DNA of 64,000 bases from Squalus acanthias (GCA_030390025.1 JASTWF010000036.1:2730001-2794000); one strand, 5' to 3'. Shown: positions 36,189 to 49,581, counted from the first letter of the stretch. The notes: a model not told the origin generated them from the letters alone. Program-made: numbers and translations.

Positions 36189-36945
36189 GGGCCAGATTTT
36201 CCGACACCCACCGGTGTGTGCGAGGTGTGTACGCACCCGTTGGAGCCTTGCAAGTGCCGGTTTCAGGCGTGTGAAGCGCATGCGCTGAAAACCGGCACCT
36301 GTGATCTGTCAATTCTCTTGACAGATCATCCGCCTGCCTGGGAAAAGGGCCTCCGTGGGCAGAGAGTTCCGCTTTCTGCATAACCTCCGCCCGCTGAAAA
36401 CCTTTAACAATCTTACGCCCAGTAAAAGCAGGCATAAGGCCTGCTTTTACCAGCATAAGAGTTTTAAAAAATTAAAAAATTTCACTCATTTATAATTTTA
36501 AAATACTTTTAAAAAAGGTACGTTTATTTTTAGCCCTGTAAAAAACTTCAATTTTTTTTTCCAAAAAATTACATTTTTGTCTAAAATATTTCATTTAATG
36601 TAATTTTAACTAATTTTAAATATGTGATTTAAAAAAAAATGATTTAATGTTTAACCGTGTTTTTAAATACATTCGCCATTCATACTTTTGACAGATCTGT
36701 CCGTACGGACCTGTCAAACGTGTGAAGGGGGATTCCCTTCTTTGATTGGTTCGCCTGGCCCACGTGATCTCAGGGGCGCTTGCGAACGCATGCGCCCCTG
36801 GGATACCTGGGCCTCTGCGCATTTTGTAGAGCAGAGGCCCAGGATCGGAAGTCTCGGGACCTAGGGAGCCAGCAGGTAAGTGCATAGATTTTTTCCGATC
36901 GGAGGCATCCGCACGCAGGAAGCCTCAGATCGGAAATTCAGGGCC
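36189..36945. mobile_element. Harbinger-type MITE, TSD AAC, inserted in a SacSINE1-like SINE (~36070-37080, minus)
   Basis: TIR 13/16 GGGCCAGATTTTCCGA / TCGGAAATTCAGGGCC; AAC on both sides; flanks rejoin to the SINE motif GGTTTAAC|ATCTCA.CTGAAAGAC. Confidence 0.85.
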
Positions 36946-39900
36946 AACATCTCAGCTGAAAGACAACACCTCTAGCATTGTAGTACTCCCACAGTACTGC
37001 ACTGAGGTATCAACCCAGATAATGTGCTCTAATATCTGCAGTGAGGCTTGAACCTATAACCTTCTGACCTAAGAGACTGACACATAGTTATACTGCACAC
37101 GATGATGCAGTGAACTTTGGCTTGGTGGGAGCAATCCCCCGAGTCAGAAGGTTTAGAGTTTGAGTCCCATTCAAGACAACCCCGGTGAATGGAAACTAAA
37201 ATATGGTCTCTAAATGCTGGGTTAACATCCAGTGTGGTACTTGCGTCCGGACGGAGTGATCACTGGTTCCGTGGTAGTATTCCCGCTTCTGAGTCAGAAG
37301 GGTTGAATTCGAGCCCCACTTCAGACTACCCTGGGGAGCAGAGACTGGAGCACCAGCTCTGAATACTGGGCATCCAGCGGGCGCCATTGCATCCGAATCC
37401 ACAACTGAAAATTGGCAACAGACTTGAAAAAGTTCATACTTTGCAAATTAACCACATTGCTCAATAATGCAGCTCAGTAGCAGAGATTTCAGAGCAAGAC
37501 TTTTCCAGAAATTGAGCCTGCCAAAAACCTGAGGCAAAAAAAACATTTGAAGACCAGAAGGAGCCAAAACTGTATATACCCCAATGATATATTTCCAGTC
37601 AATTTCTCAGCATATATCTAAAAATCAACCAATCAATTACTTCTGTGTACTTGGGCTGATTAAAAAGGTCAATGGACAAATGGATTGTTGCAGTTACTTG
37701 TAATTCTCTTTTGAAAAGAAGCAGTCAGGATACAATCAGCACAAATTCAAACAAAGTCATGTACAGCCCTGTTCCACTGAATGGCAGAAACCTTCGCATA
37801 ATTTGCTAAGCTAAATAAACAGTCACTCTCCTGATGACTCAGTGGGTAAATGCATTGCCCAGTATGAAATGAATAATACAGACCAGGAAAGTCACAAGTT
37901 CGATCCCCATCTATGCTGAGTTAGCTGACTGTAGCCAAGGCAGCAATGGTTGTGCTACAGACACAGACGTGTGTGGACACTGGTTGAAGACAGGATGGAG
38001 CTTCAATCTGATGCCTCCTTCCCTCTCTTAAATAACCCACTGCACTCATTTTCTAGGCTGAAATGTGAAGAATGACCACTTGGGAAAAGTATCAGAGGAC
38101 AGAAACCAACCATGAAACTGTACACCAGCAAGAATCAGTGGTTTCAGGAGAGCATATTTTTTAAGAGCAACAAATGGACAAATTAAACTATGCACTATGG
38201 GAGAGATAAATCCAAATAAAATGCAGACTGTAAAAGAGCAAAAATTAATATTGAACGCTAAATAAGCAGGCTATGCAAATGATACACAGATTTGTTTTTT
38301 TAAACAGATTTTAAAAAAATTACGTCCCAAGAACCACAATGAACAAATAAAATAATTGAATAAAGTAGACCACAATGAGTAGGGCCCACCGAATTACAGT
38401 ACAATGGGTCTATAAAATCTGAGCAAATCTTAATGCACTAAAGTAACTCTCAAAATTTGAGTTTCTGCTTTTCTTTTGTCTCTCCAGTTTTCTTGCATCC
38501 TCTCTTGAATTTGCCAATTCCTACTGGAGTGCATTCCCATAGTTGTCCAGTGCCCTTTGGTACCTGATCCAAGTGTCCATTCTTCATGAGTGAGCCTAGA
38601 CAGTGAGCATCAGCAGGATATTCGACCCTCAGTGCATCACAGTTAAACCTGACCCTGTCCTTATCCTGACCTCCACAAACCCGCACTTTCCAGCAGAATA
38701 AGGTCAAAGCAGGGAATAATGGTTAAAAAATTAAATTAAAGGCTCTTTATCTGAATGCACGAAGCATTCGTAACAAGATAGACGAACTAGTGGCACAAAT
38801 AGAGATAAATGGGTTTGATCTAATAGCCATTACAGAGACGTGGTTGCAAGGTGACCAAGGTTGGGAACTAAATGTTGACGTTTCAAACAGACAGGCAGAA
38901 TGGAAAAGATGGGGGGCGTAGCCCTGATAATAAAGGATGACATAAGGACAGTGGAGAGAAAGGATCTCGGTTCGGAAGATCAGGAAGTAGAATCAGTATG
39001 GGTGGAGATAAGGAATAACAAGGGGCAGAAAACACTGGCGGGAGTAGTATATAGGCCCCCTAACAGTAGCTATACCATTGGACCGAATATTAATCAAGAA
39101 ATAGTAGGAGCTTGTAACAAAGGTAATGCAATAAACGTGGGGGACTTTAATCTTCATACAGACTGGACAAATCAAATTGGCAAAGGTAGTCTGGAGGACG
39201 AGTTCATGGAATGCATTCAGGACAGTTTCCTAGAACAATACGTCATGGAACCAACGAGGGAACAGGCTATTTTAGATCTTGTATTGTGTAATGAGACAGG
39301 GTTAATTAGCAGTCTCATAGTAAAGGATCCTCTGGGGCAGAGTGATCATAATATGACAGAATTCCACATTAAGTTTGAGAATGACTTGCCTAAGTTCGAA
39401 ACTAGAGTCTTAAACTTAAATAAAGCCAATTACATAAGTATGAGGGGCGAGTTGCCTAAGGTAGATTGGAAAAATAGATTAAAAGGTGTGGCGGTAGATA
39501 AACAGTGGCTAGCATTGAGAAACAAAAACTCTATGGGAAAAGTGATCCAACCGTGGCTAACTAAAGAAGTTAAGGATAGCATTAGATTGAAAGAAGAAGC
39601 TTATAATGTTGTGAAGAATAATAGTAAGCCTGAGGATTGGGAGAGTTTCAGAAACCACCAAAGGATGACCAAAAAATTGATAAAAAGGGAAAAAATAGAA
39701 TGAGAGAAAACTAGCAAGAAATATAAAAGCAGATTGTAAGAGCTTCTACAAGTATGTAAAAAGGAAGAGAGTAGCAAAAGTCCCTTAGAGGCTGAGACAG
39801 GAGAAATTATTATGGGGAATAAGAAAATGGCAGAAACGTTAAACAAATATTTTGTATCTGTCTTACCAAAAATGGTGGGGAACCAAGGGTCTAATGGAGG

Positions 39901-41516
39901 GTGAGGAACTTGACGTAATTAATATAAGTAGAGAAAAAGTACTAGAGAAACTAATGGGACTAAAAGCCGACAAATCCCCTGGACCTGACGGCCTACATCC
40001 TAGGGTTCTAAAAGAGGTGGCTGAAGAGATAGTGGATGCATTGGTTTTGATCTTCCAAAATTCCCTAGATTCTGGAGAGGTCCCAGCAGATTGGAAGGTC
40101 GCAAATGTAACACCGCTATTCAAGAAAGGAGGGAGAGAAAAAACAGGGAACTACAGGCCAGTTAGCCTGACATCAGTCGTCGGGAAAATGCTGGAATCCA
40201 TTGTTAAGGAAGTAGTATCAAGTCACTTAGAAAATCATATCATGATTAGGCAGAGTCAACATGGTTTTATGAAAGGGAAATCATGTTTGACAAATTTATT
40301 AGTTTTTTGAGGATGTAACTTGCAGGGTAGATAAAGGGGAACCAGTGGATGTAGTATATTTGGATTTCCAAAAGGCATTCAATAAGGTGCCACATAAAAG
40401 ATTATTACACAAGATTAGGGCTCATGGGGTTGGGGGTAATATAGTAGCATGGATAGAGGATTGGTTAATGGATAGAAAACAGAGTAGGGATAAACGGATC
40501 TTTTTCAGGTTGGCAAGCTATAACTAGTGGGGTGCCGCAAGGATCAATGTTGGGGCCTCAGCTATTTACAATCTATATTAATGACCTAGATGAAGGGACC
40601 GAGTGTAATGTATCCAAGTTTGCTGATGAAACAAAGCTAGCTGGGACAGTAAGCTGTGAGGAGAACACAGAGGGCTGTATTTTACCAGCCCTGAGGAGAC
40701 GGGTCTGGAGGCAGGACTGCTGGGAAAATCAAGAAGAATGGGAGCGGGTCCCGAACCCGCTCCTAACCTGCCTCCAACCAAACTTCCCAGGAGTCGGGTT
40801 CCCGATTTGCGCAGGGACCCGACTCCGAGCGGTGGGAAGAGGATTATAGCCACTTAACTGCCTGTTAACAGGCAGTTAAGAGGCTATATCCAATTTTGCG
40901 ACTTCTGCTGCGGGCTCCCCGACGTCGGGGAACCCCGCCAGGGTAAATGAGGCATGCTGTGGGTCTGTTGTAATGTTTGTGTATAGATGACAGCTGCAGA
41001 AGTGGTGTGAAGGATGCAATGGGACACTGGTGAGTATCAGAGGTAAGGAAATGTTGGGAAAGTGATTTTAAATGTGTTTAGATATTTCTGTAGGTGACAA
41101 GCTTTGAAGTGTTTGTGTGGCCTCACCTCAATAGGAGAAGTGACAGATTGCTTCTGTACCCTCACCTGCAGCTGCCATCTGTTTTATCCTAAGGAGAGAG
41201 TCATTGGAGAGCCTAGGTGCAAGGGCTCACCTTTGTACAGTGATTGTCAGGGCTCGATTTTGCCAGTGTGGGCGGGCTGGTACGTGTCAGGTGGCATTCG
41301 TTTCAGGATCCCGACTCCGAAGTGAAGTGGGGAAAAAGTGCGATTTTCCCCTAATTGGGCAATTGATTTCCAGCGTGTGGGAACCCCTGGCCCATACAGA
41401 AAGTCGCCTCCGATGACGTCATCAATGCTGCTGGATTTAAGGCCTGCAAGCAGCCTTGCTTCTTCTGGAGACTGCAAACTTTATGGTGATTGTAGTAAGG
41501 AATTCATTGATCGACT

Positions 41517-43480
41517 ATGTCCACCAGCAGGCAAAAGTGTGCTCCACGTTTCGATGCTCCCTCCACTAGAGCTTGGAGGGAGGGCTCAAGATCGAATAAG
41601 GAGGTGCTCTTCCCTTCCTCAGGGAGAAAAAAGCCACCCCAGCAGACTAAAGCTGTGTGGCTGCAAGTGGCCCAGGAGGTCAACTCCATATCGATGAGCT
41701 GCAGAACCTGGCTGCAATGCAGGAAGAGGTTTCATGACCTTCTCCGCACAGGAAAAGTGAGCATGACTTTCCCATCTCCCTCAATCTGATCCCTATCACC
41801 TCTCCTCACCAGCACTCTGCTTTGCTAACCTCTTCCTCCACATCCCACTTGACACTTACATCCCTGCACCCTTACCCATTGCCTCTCTCTCTATGGTCAC
41901 ATTCACTTAACTATTCGACCATGTAGCCCTCACACTCCCTATCACTATGATGCAACAACAACAACAACTTACAACACACAGGGAGGGCCCTTTGTCTCCT
42001 AAGCATCTATGCTATGCATTATCTACACTCACTCCTTCATTCTCACTCAAACTCCACTTGTGTCCCTCATTGCAGGAAAAGAGAGCCCACAATAAGAGGG
42101 AAAGAGCCATGACAGGAGGAGAGCCACTCTCAGTAGCCCAGCTCACCGCCTGGGAGGAGGCGGCCCTGGAAATTGCCGGGATCGAGGAGGATTCCCAAGT
42201 GGGGGACGGACAGACGGGCGCATCACAGCAAGCTGGTAACAGAATAGTTTGGCATCTCTCTCATTCACATTGCATGAGTCACTGATAATGAATCTGATGC
42301 TCTAACAGATTGACTTATGATCACCTGCACTCTTCAATGTGCATGTAACCTTGACCTCACATCTCTAACTCTTTCCTATACTCCCCCACAGGACCATCGA
42401 AAGCCCCCGTTCCCCACTGTCCAGGAGGAAGAGCCTGAGCTTCCAGACTCCTCAGAGGAAGCTGCAACCTCTGAGGGCGCAGCGTCAGCAGAATTCAGCG
42501 CACCCAGCACCAGCGCAGACACTCACACCTCGGTGGGACCTTCGCGAGATAGAGTAGTATTGGCACCTGGTGTATCACAACTCACAAGTGAGCATCAGCA
42601 GATGGTGGAGACAAGGACAGCAGTGGAGAGTCCTCGTCGGAGGGTGCAGGACTCTGCCAGCTCGGCTCAGCTGCATGTCGACCCTGTACCTCCGGGTCCA
42701 TCCAGAAGGAGAGCGGTGCTGGAACTCCAGGAACAGGTGCAGGAGTCTCTGGCAGGTTTTGTCTCCAGGGTCGCTGCGAGTGTGGAGCGAATGGAGGAGT
42801 CCATCGCGAACATGAGCAGAGGCTTTGTGGAGGCATTGGCGCATGAACGCATCACCATGGAAAGGATGGCAACCTCCGTGGAAAGAATGTCTAACTCCAT
42901 GGTAAGGCTGGCTACCGTAGAGGAGAGGATGGCTACGGCCATGGAGGAGCTTAGTCGCCAGGGTCTTCTGAACAATGACCATGTTTTCAATAGAATGACA
43001 TCTCTTGAGGAGCGATGGTCAGCTATTGAGCATAGAAACCAGACCTTCATGGAAGTCCTCTGGAATAGGACTTCCAGTGCAGAAACGGGTCCTCATGGCC
43101 CCCCTGAAATGCAGCAAGGTGCTGTCAAGCCACTTGCTAGCTCTGAAGTGGGGCTGACCCATGAGAGGGATGTTGGTGGCAGACAACAAGGAAGTGGGGG
43201 CTCCTCTCCAAGCGCTCACACGACCATGCCACTGCAAAGCCCTCGGTCAGAGCCCCACCAGAGTCCTCACCCAACTGAGATGGTCGTCTCAGCCCCTGCA
43301 CAGCCGCAGGAGCAGCAGACTGTTGCCGAGCCCTCACAGGTTCGCAACCCCAGAGGACGCCCGCCAAAGGCGTCGAGACAGGAGCAGCAAGAAAGTGAGC
43401 AAGGGGCCTCCACATCTGCTGAAGCCACAGGGGAAGCACCACGTAGGAGCACGCGTAAGAGGAAGATAATGCACAAGTAG
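41517..43480 (+). pseudogene. Harbinger Myb/SANT-like DNA-binding protein gene, 3 exons (41517-41756, 42076-42235, 42392-43480), apparent 1-nt frameshift at the start of exon 3
   Basis: Exon 1 APRF...KAVWLQVAQEVNS...RTWLQCRKRFHDL (trihelix/Myb-SANT); GT-AG introns; exon 2 EKRAHNKRERAMTGG; exon 3 heptad repeats, RGRPPK and RRSTRKRK. Exon 2 ends in phase 1 while the long exon-3 ORF starts in phase 0. Confidence 0.75.
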
Positions 43481-43739
43481 TCACAAGGGTAGTCACTTGG
43501 GTGCTGTGATGTATTGTATTTGGACCAGCCATCCTTGTCATGGTATCATAAACAGATTTGATGGCAAACTGTTGGAAGTTGTGGCCTGTGTCATTTCTCA
43601 AATGGGACTTTCACATTGAGGGCTTAGGGCAATTTGCAATTGTCAGTATGGTGGTCAGAGTGATAGGAATCCGCAGGTTCTTGTCCATTGTCGATGCTCT
43701 GGTAAGAAGGTGCGAGACAAAAGTGTTTGATTGTGCAGG

Positions 43740-43966
43740 CTAAGCAAATCTGGCCAACATGAGTGCGTCCCTTGCATCCCGGGCAGCAATATGGTTGCAC
43801 TCTGGCGCCTTTTGGCCTGTGCAGTTTCAAGTGGGTGAGCAGCAGCTTGGCGCTCCTGTTGTTGCTCCTGCTGTTGGTGCTGCTGTTGTTCAGGGTTCTG
43901 CTGCTGCCGCGGCTGGTCTTCGTCCGAATCTGATGTCCAGGAGGAAAGGAAATAAATGGTTCCCAT
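43740..43966 (-). pseudogene. Harbinger transposase remnant: N-terminus joined to C-terminus, DDE core missing
   Basis: MGTIYFLSSWTSDSDEDQPRQQQ... followed within ~170 nt by HIAARDARDALMLARFA*; homologous to 10562-10875. Assignment rests on position opposite the Myb gene and recalled HARBI1-like termini. Confidence 0.6.
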
Positions 43967-46732
43967 GCTTCTGCTATATACCTCAGTTGAGGAAGCGCTC
44001 AGTCAAGTTGGGGAGAGGGGTTTCCCAGGAGGTCACACTGGAGATGGGTCTCAGGCTCCAAACTTCCACAACAATGAGTAGGCCTGCTAAAAGTTCCCCC
44101 AGACCTGAGACAACAAAGTTCTGCCACCTGCAAATGATGATTGCTGAAAACTCTTTTTTAATGGTAGAGCTGCAGCTGTTACTAAGCAATCCACTTGTGA
44201 GGCCGCCAGGTTTACCTGGTGTGTTCCAGAGGAGGCGTGTAGGATGGGGGAAATATCTAAAAATCAGAAAGGCCTCTCAAAATTGGATTATAGAGGCAAT
44301 TAAGTGGTTGTTAAGGGCCTATCCCGCCTCTTGGAGGCGGGATGGAAATGGGATCTGAAACCCCAATTCTGGGAAAATTGCTTGGAGGCGGGATCGGGCC
44401 CGCACGCCATATTTTGCGATTTTAACACCTCACACGCCTCCAATCCCGCCTCCTCGGACCTGGCAAAATCGAGCCCTCAGTGTTTGACAGCACCTCAATG
44501 CTGTCAAACACTGTCAAATCATCTGTCAAAAATATATGGTTCATGTGCCTTTAAGAAAACCAGCAGATGAAGCATCATCAACTGACGTTATCTGACACCG
44601 GCTTTCCCTTAGTTGGCCAGCAAGCCCGCAGGGCGGGCTTAACAAGGCCAATCGGGGGAAAATAGCGTCTGTGCGTTGGACGTGGCTGGGGGCGGGACTA
44701 GAACCCGGAAGGCAGCAGTCCCGTCCCCAACTTGTCTCGGTGAGTAAAATCCAGCCCAAAGAGTCTGCAAAGGGATATAGATAGACTAAGTGAGTGGGCA
44801 GTAAGGTGGCAGATGGAGTATAATGTAGGGAAATGTGAAGTTATTCACTTTGGTAGGAAGAATAGAAAAACAATATTTTTTAAATGGTGAGAAATTTTCA
44901 AATGTTGGTGTTCAGAGAGATTTGGTTGTCCTCATGCAAGAAACACAGAAAGCTAGCATGCAGGTACAGCAAGCAATAAGGAAGGCAAATGGCATGTTTA
45001 TTGCAAGGGGGTTGGAGTATAAGAGTAAGGAAGTCTTGCTTCAATTGTACAGGGCCTTGGTGAGACCACACCTGGAATACTGTGCACAGTTCTGGTCTCC
45101 TTATCTAAAGGAAGGATATACTTGCCTTGAAGGCGGTGCAACAAAGGTTCACTAGATTGATTCCTGGGATGAGAGGGCTGTCCTATGATGAGAGATTGTG
45201 TAGAATGGGCCTATACTCTCTGGAGTTTAGAAGAATGAGAGGTGATCTCATTGAAACATACAAGATTCTGAAGGGGATTGACAGGGTAGATGCTGAGAGG
45301 TTGTTTCCCCTGGCTGGAGTGTCTAGAACTAGGGGTCATAGTCTCAGGATAAGGAGTCGGCCATTTAAGACCGAGATGAGGAGGAATTTCTTCACTCAGA
45401 GGGTTGTGAATCTTTGGAATTCTCTGCCTCAGAGGGCTGTGAATGCTGAGTCTTTGAGTATATTCAAGGCTGAGATAGATTTTTGGACTCTCGGGGAATC
45501 AAGGGATATGGAGATCGGGCGGGAAGGTGGAGTTGAGGTCGATGATCAGCCATGATCTTATTGAATGACGGAGCAAGCTCGAGGGTCCATATAGCCTACT
45601 TCTTATTTCTTATGTTTTTCGAAGTCACTGGATAACGATCAGGAGTGGGAACCCTGGCTGATTTCTTTTCCTTCCTCTGTCCAGGGTTACTTAAATTAAC
45701 TGGAGCAACCACACTGCCACCCTGGCTGAGATCAGTGGATTCAGCACAGATCAAAGATCAAACCTGGGGCATTCCTCATCTGTACAGTTAATTTCCACAC
45801 TGGGCAGCAAATGTACCAACTGAGCCAATCTTGAGCACTCCAATGCCACAACCTGTTCTTTCTAGACAAATACTTTGACATACTTTGTGGGAACAGTGAC
45901 AGATTTGGCCTTGTGTTCAGCCAATTTGGTTAAAATTCAAAGAAGATTGTATTATATTGGTGAATGTGCTGTCATATAGAGAAACTAATACTGCTGTAGG
46001 TTTCCTTTTTGACCTTTGGGAGCAGCTGGTTTGCCATGCTAGCTTTACAGACTTCCTTTTTTATCAGCTGAGTAGATGGTTTAAAGGTACAGTATCTTGC
46101 AAATCATTTAATTTTGTTTAAAGAAAGGAATGAGAGTGCTGTCGTATCACCAATCATCTGCTGCAAATTACTTTTGTCTTAAATTTTAAAAATCATTAGA
46201 ACCATGTTTACATAATGTTTACGGTTGCAGAAGGCCATTTTAGCACATTCACCCAGAAAGAACCAACAGTCCTCCCATCACAGCATCCATCTATTTTTTT
46301 TTTAAGTGATTTCAGGGTTTTTGCCTCCATTATCCATTCCACATGCAGATCACTATTTCTGTGAAGAACAGCCAGACAAAATGTCTAAATCCTCCAATCT
46401 GTACCTCACTGCCTCCGTCATGGACCCAAATGTTATTGCCACACTCTCAAATTTGCTGTCTGTTTTCAAGACCTGGCTGAGCCAAAGCTTCCTGCAGCTG
46501 AATGCCGGCAAAACTGAAGCCATCCCTTTGGACTCCCGTCAACATCTTCGATCCTCCATTAGCCTTCTCGGCTGCCATCTCAAGCTGAGGATTGGACTCA
46601 GCTGTGATATTTCTGCTTTTCCACAAGCTCAGCTTCCTCCCACACATAAAATCCATTACCAAAAACACTTGCCAACTCCCAATCCCATCTCTCCCCATTT
46701 TCATTTCCTTGGACTAACAGTGGCAAGGCAGT

Positions 46733-47011
46733 ATTTATTGCCCATCCTAGTAGCCCTTCAGGCATTAAGTGTTAACCCCATACTGTGGGACTAGAGTCAC
46801 ATGTAGGCCAAACTGGGTAGAGGTGGTAAAATCCCTTTACTGAAGGACATGAGTGAACCAGTTGGATTTTTACAGCAATCCAGCAGTTTTCATGGTCATT
46901 GTCTGGTGCCAGCCCACCAATTACCAGATTTATTGAATTCAGTTTTACAATTTGACATAGTGGAATTTGACTTCTGGGTTGCTAATCCAGTACCACAACC
47001 ACGTGGCTACC
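46733..47011 (-). mobile_element. Diverged SINE of the same family as 58983-59327, inserted in L2 fragments
   Basis: Minus strand: GGTAGCCACGTGG head, CTGGTTCACTCATGTCCTTCAG core, GATGGGCAATAAAT tail. Confidence 0.65.
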
Positions 47012-48864
47012 ATACCTTTCTGTCACCAAAATCCTAGTTCAGGGCTTCATCATCTCAAGCTAGACTTCTCCAATGTCCAACTAGTTAGCTTGCCTGCAAA
47101 GTTTCAAGTTATCCAAAATGCTGCAGCCCACGTCCTCGCCTGTACGGAGTCCCACATTCTATCCCCCTGTCCTTTCCATTAGCCCCAAGTCCCCTAGCTT
47201 GCCATTTTAAAATTCTTATCCTTCTTTTCAAGTCTCTGCATGGCCTCGGCCCACCCTACCTTAGTGATCTCCTCCAACACATATCTTCTGCTCTTCTAAC
47301 AGTGGACTTTTCTTCACTCCTTGCTCCCTCCACTTCACCACAGTCAGACACTCATCCAACCATTCCAGTTGCTCTCTGGAATTCTGTATCCAGTTTCCTC
47401 CACCTTGCCAGCTTCCTCCCTGCTTTCAACAACCTCCTCAAAACCTTCCTAGCTTCTCCATTGCTCTCCCCTTTCCTATGCTCAGTGTCCACTGTATCCC
47501 TTTCTTTCATGTTGTAAAGTGCTTGGAGACACATTCCCAAGCACTATAGAAATGGAAGCAGTTGTAAAGTGGTCTTTCACCAGTTTAAACTTGTGCCCTT
47601 TTATCCTACTGTCATGATTTAATTTGAAGTAATGTTCTGGATTTACTTTTTTTAATATACCATTTACTATTTTATATACCTTTCAAAGATCTCCTCTCAG
47701 TCACTCCTTCACAAAGCTGAAGGTCCAAAGATTCTCCAGTCTTTCCTCATTACTCAGTTCTCTGAAACTAGGAATCAATCTCTTGGCCCTTCAGTGTACC
47801 ACCTCCAGGGTTTGAATCCTGTGTTTCAGTGACCTTGAACTGGATGAAGTACTCAAGGTGTGGTCTGACCAGAACACTATACAGTTTAAGTATGATACCC
47901 ACCAGCTCTACTGTTTTAATTATAAAGGCACTCGATTTGCCTTATTGAATTTTGGAAGTTCCCTCAGCCCCAGATATAGTGCCTGCTGCAATTCCAATTC
48001 AACGCAGCATCCACTATGATGGTGAGGCAGAATAGTTGCCATACCTGCCTGTTCCAGGAAATAAGCCTTCCAAAACTCCCACTGAGGCCAGAACACCTCC
48101 TTTAAAAGCTGTCTTATGTAGAATTGTGGCATTGAGCCATGCAGACCAGGAACACTCTGGATTTGATTTTTGCTTTGTACTGAGTTAGGTGATCTCAGCT
48201 GAGACTATTGTGGGTGCTATAAGTGGCTTCAATGCCCTGGGCCAAGAGAGAAAATAATAGCCAGTGTTCCCATTCCCAATTGCTGTTCAGTGGCTCCTGT
48301 TGCAACGTGGTATCAGGTGACAACAGGATCGGGCTCAGCTGTGATGCTCCTCCAGACAATGAAACTGAGAAAAAGAAATAGAAGTACTTAGCCATTTTAA
48401 ATTTTTTTTGTCAAACTGACCCAAAATTAAGATGTGCTACAGACAGAATACATTCCAGACTTCCAGTACAGTTGTGTGGGGACCTAATAGTCTCCATCAC
48501 ATTACAAGTAGTGATTTTTACAAACAGCAAGATGCCCTCTGGCAACGATTGTTGATAAATGGCTGCCTTATAGTGAGCATCTGCATGGCTACATTCCTCA
48601 TCTTGTTGTCCTTTTGCACTCTCTCTCTCTCCCTTACCCCCAACTTTTTCATTGACCCCCAAGGGAGATGAAAGAGGAACCAGTTTTATTCATTCACCAC
48701 ATCCCAGCCTCAAAACCCTTCTGTCACCATGACATATTACTTAATTCTTCAAATGGCCATGCAGTATTTACTTTGCCATTTTGCAGACAAAATCTTACCT
48801 TTTCTTCATAAAGCTATATTCTACATGTATTTTTACTTTTCAACAGCTGCCATTCAAAGAGAAT

Positions 48865-49581
48865 GGGCTGGATTTTGTCTTGGGGTCGGGTTGGGGTCGT
48901 GTTACCCACATTTCGTGTTACCCCCCCGACTCCAGATTAATGTGGATGAATGATGCAATTTTCACTTTGGGTAATTGAGTTGCAGCATGTGGGAACCCAT
49001 GAACCAATTAGTGGTTTCAGTCAGAAAGTCGCCTCTGATGATGTCATCATTGCAAGTCAGAGACTGACTGCCTGGCTTTTGGTGTGAGAGGACCTGGATG
49101 CATAAGGGGAGAGGGAGAGAGGGAGAGGGAGAGAATTGCATCCAGGTCCTCTCACAGCAAAGGCCAGGCAGACATTCAATGCAGCAGCATCAGAGGCGAC
49201 TTTCAGACCTAATACTACTACTACCTTCATCACATCTCCGTTGTAATAGTGGACCTGCAGCTGATAGTGAGCTATCCACTTGTACTCCCGCCAGGTTTCA
49301 CTGGCGTGTTTCACATCAGGCGTACTTCATGTCGGAAAAGGGTTAAACTAGCTAAAACGTTTCAAAATGGCATTACAGAGCCAATTTAGGGATAGTTAAG
49401 AGCATTAATGGCCTCTCGCGCCTCTTGGAGGCGGGACGGAGTCGGGAACCCCGCGACCCATTTTGTCAAAATTGCGTGGAGGCGTGTTGGAGTCGGGATA
49501 GGGTCGGGACCCCCGAATCTGCTAATTTAACCCCCCACACGCCTCCAAACCCGACTCCACGGGTCATTGAAAATCCAGCCC
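48865..49581. mobile_element. Harbinger-type MITE, paralog of 19000-19930
   Basis: TIR GGGCTGGATTTT / AAAATCCAGCCC; flanks AAT/AAC; colinear with the first copy except for the microsatellite region. Confidence 0.9.

Larger units (their letters stand above)
41250..44476. mobile_element. PIF/Harbinger transposon (inner), TSD TCA, Myb/SANT gene retained, transposase internally deleted
   Basis: Perfect 17-bp TIR GGGCTCGATTTTGCCAG / CTGGCAAAATCGAGCCC; TCA at 41247-41249 and 44477-44479; two convergent genes. Confidence 0.92.
40672..44757. mobile_element. Harbinger-type non-autonomous element (outer) inserted in CR1 RT
   Basis: TIR 13/14 GGGCTGTATTTTAC / GTAAAATCCAGCCC; flanks AGA/AAA; removal restores the CR1 sequence. 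Confidence 0.85.
38700..45617 (+). mobile_element. CR1 LINE ORF2 (APE+RT, frameshifted), split by a 4.1-kb insertion and itself inserted in a SINE
   Basis: LYLNARSIRNK, ITETWL, YRPP, GDFN, SDHN, KSPGPDG, QHGF, KFADETK; RT resumes KSLQRDIDRLSEW at ~44758; 3' tail ~45601-45616; flanks ~38490-38696 and ~45622-45830 rejoin like the SINE at ~28430-28735. Confidence 0.92.
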
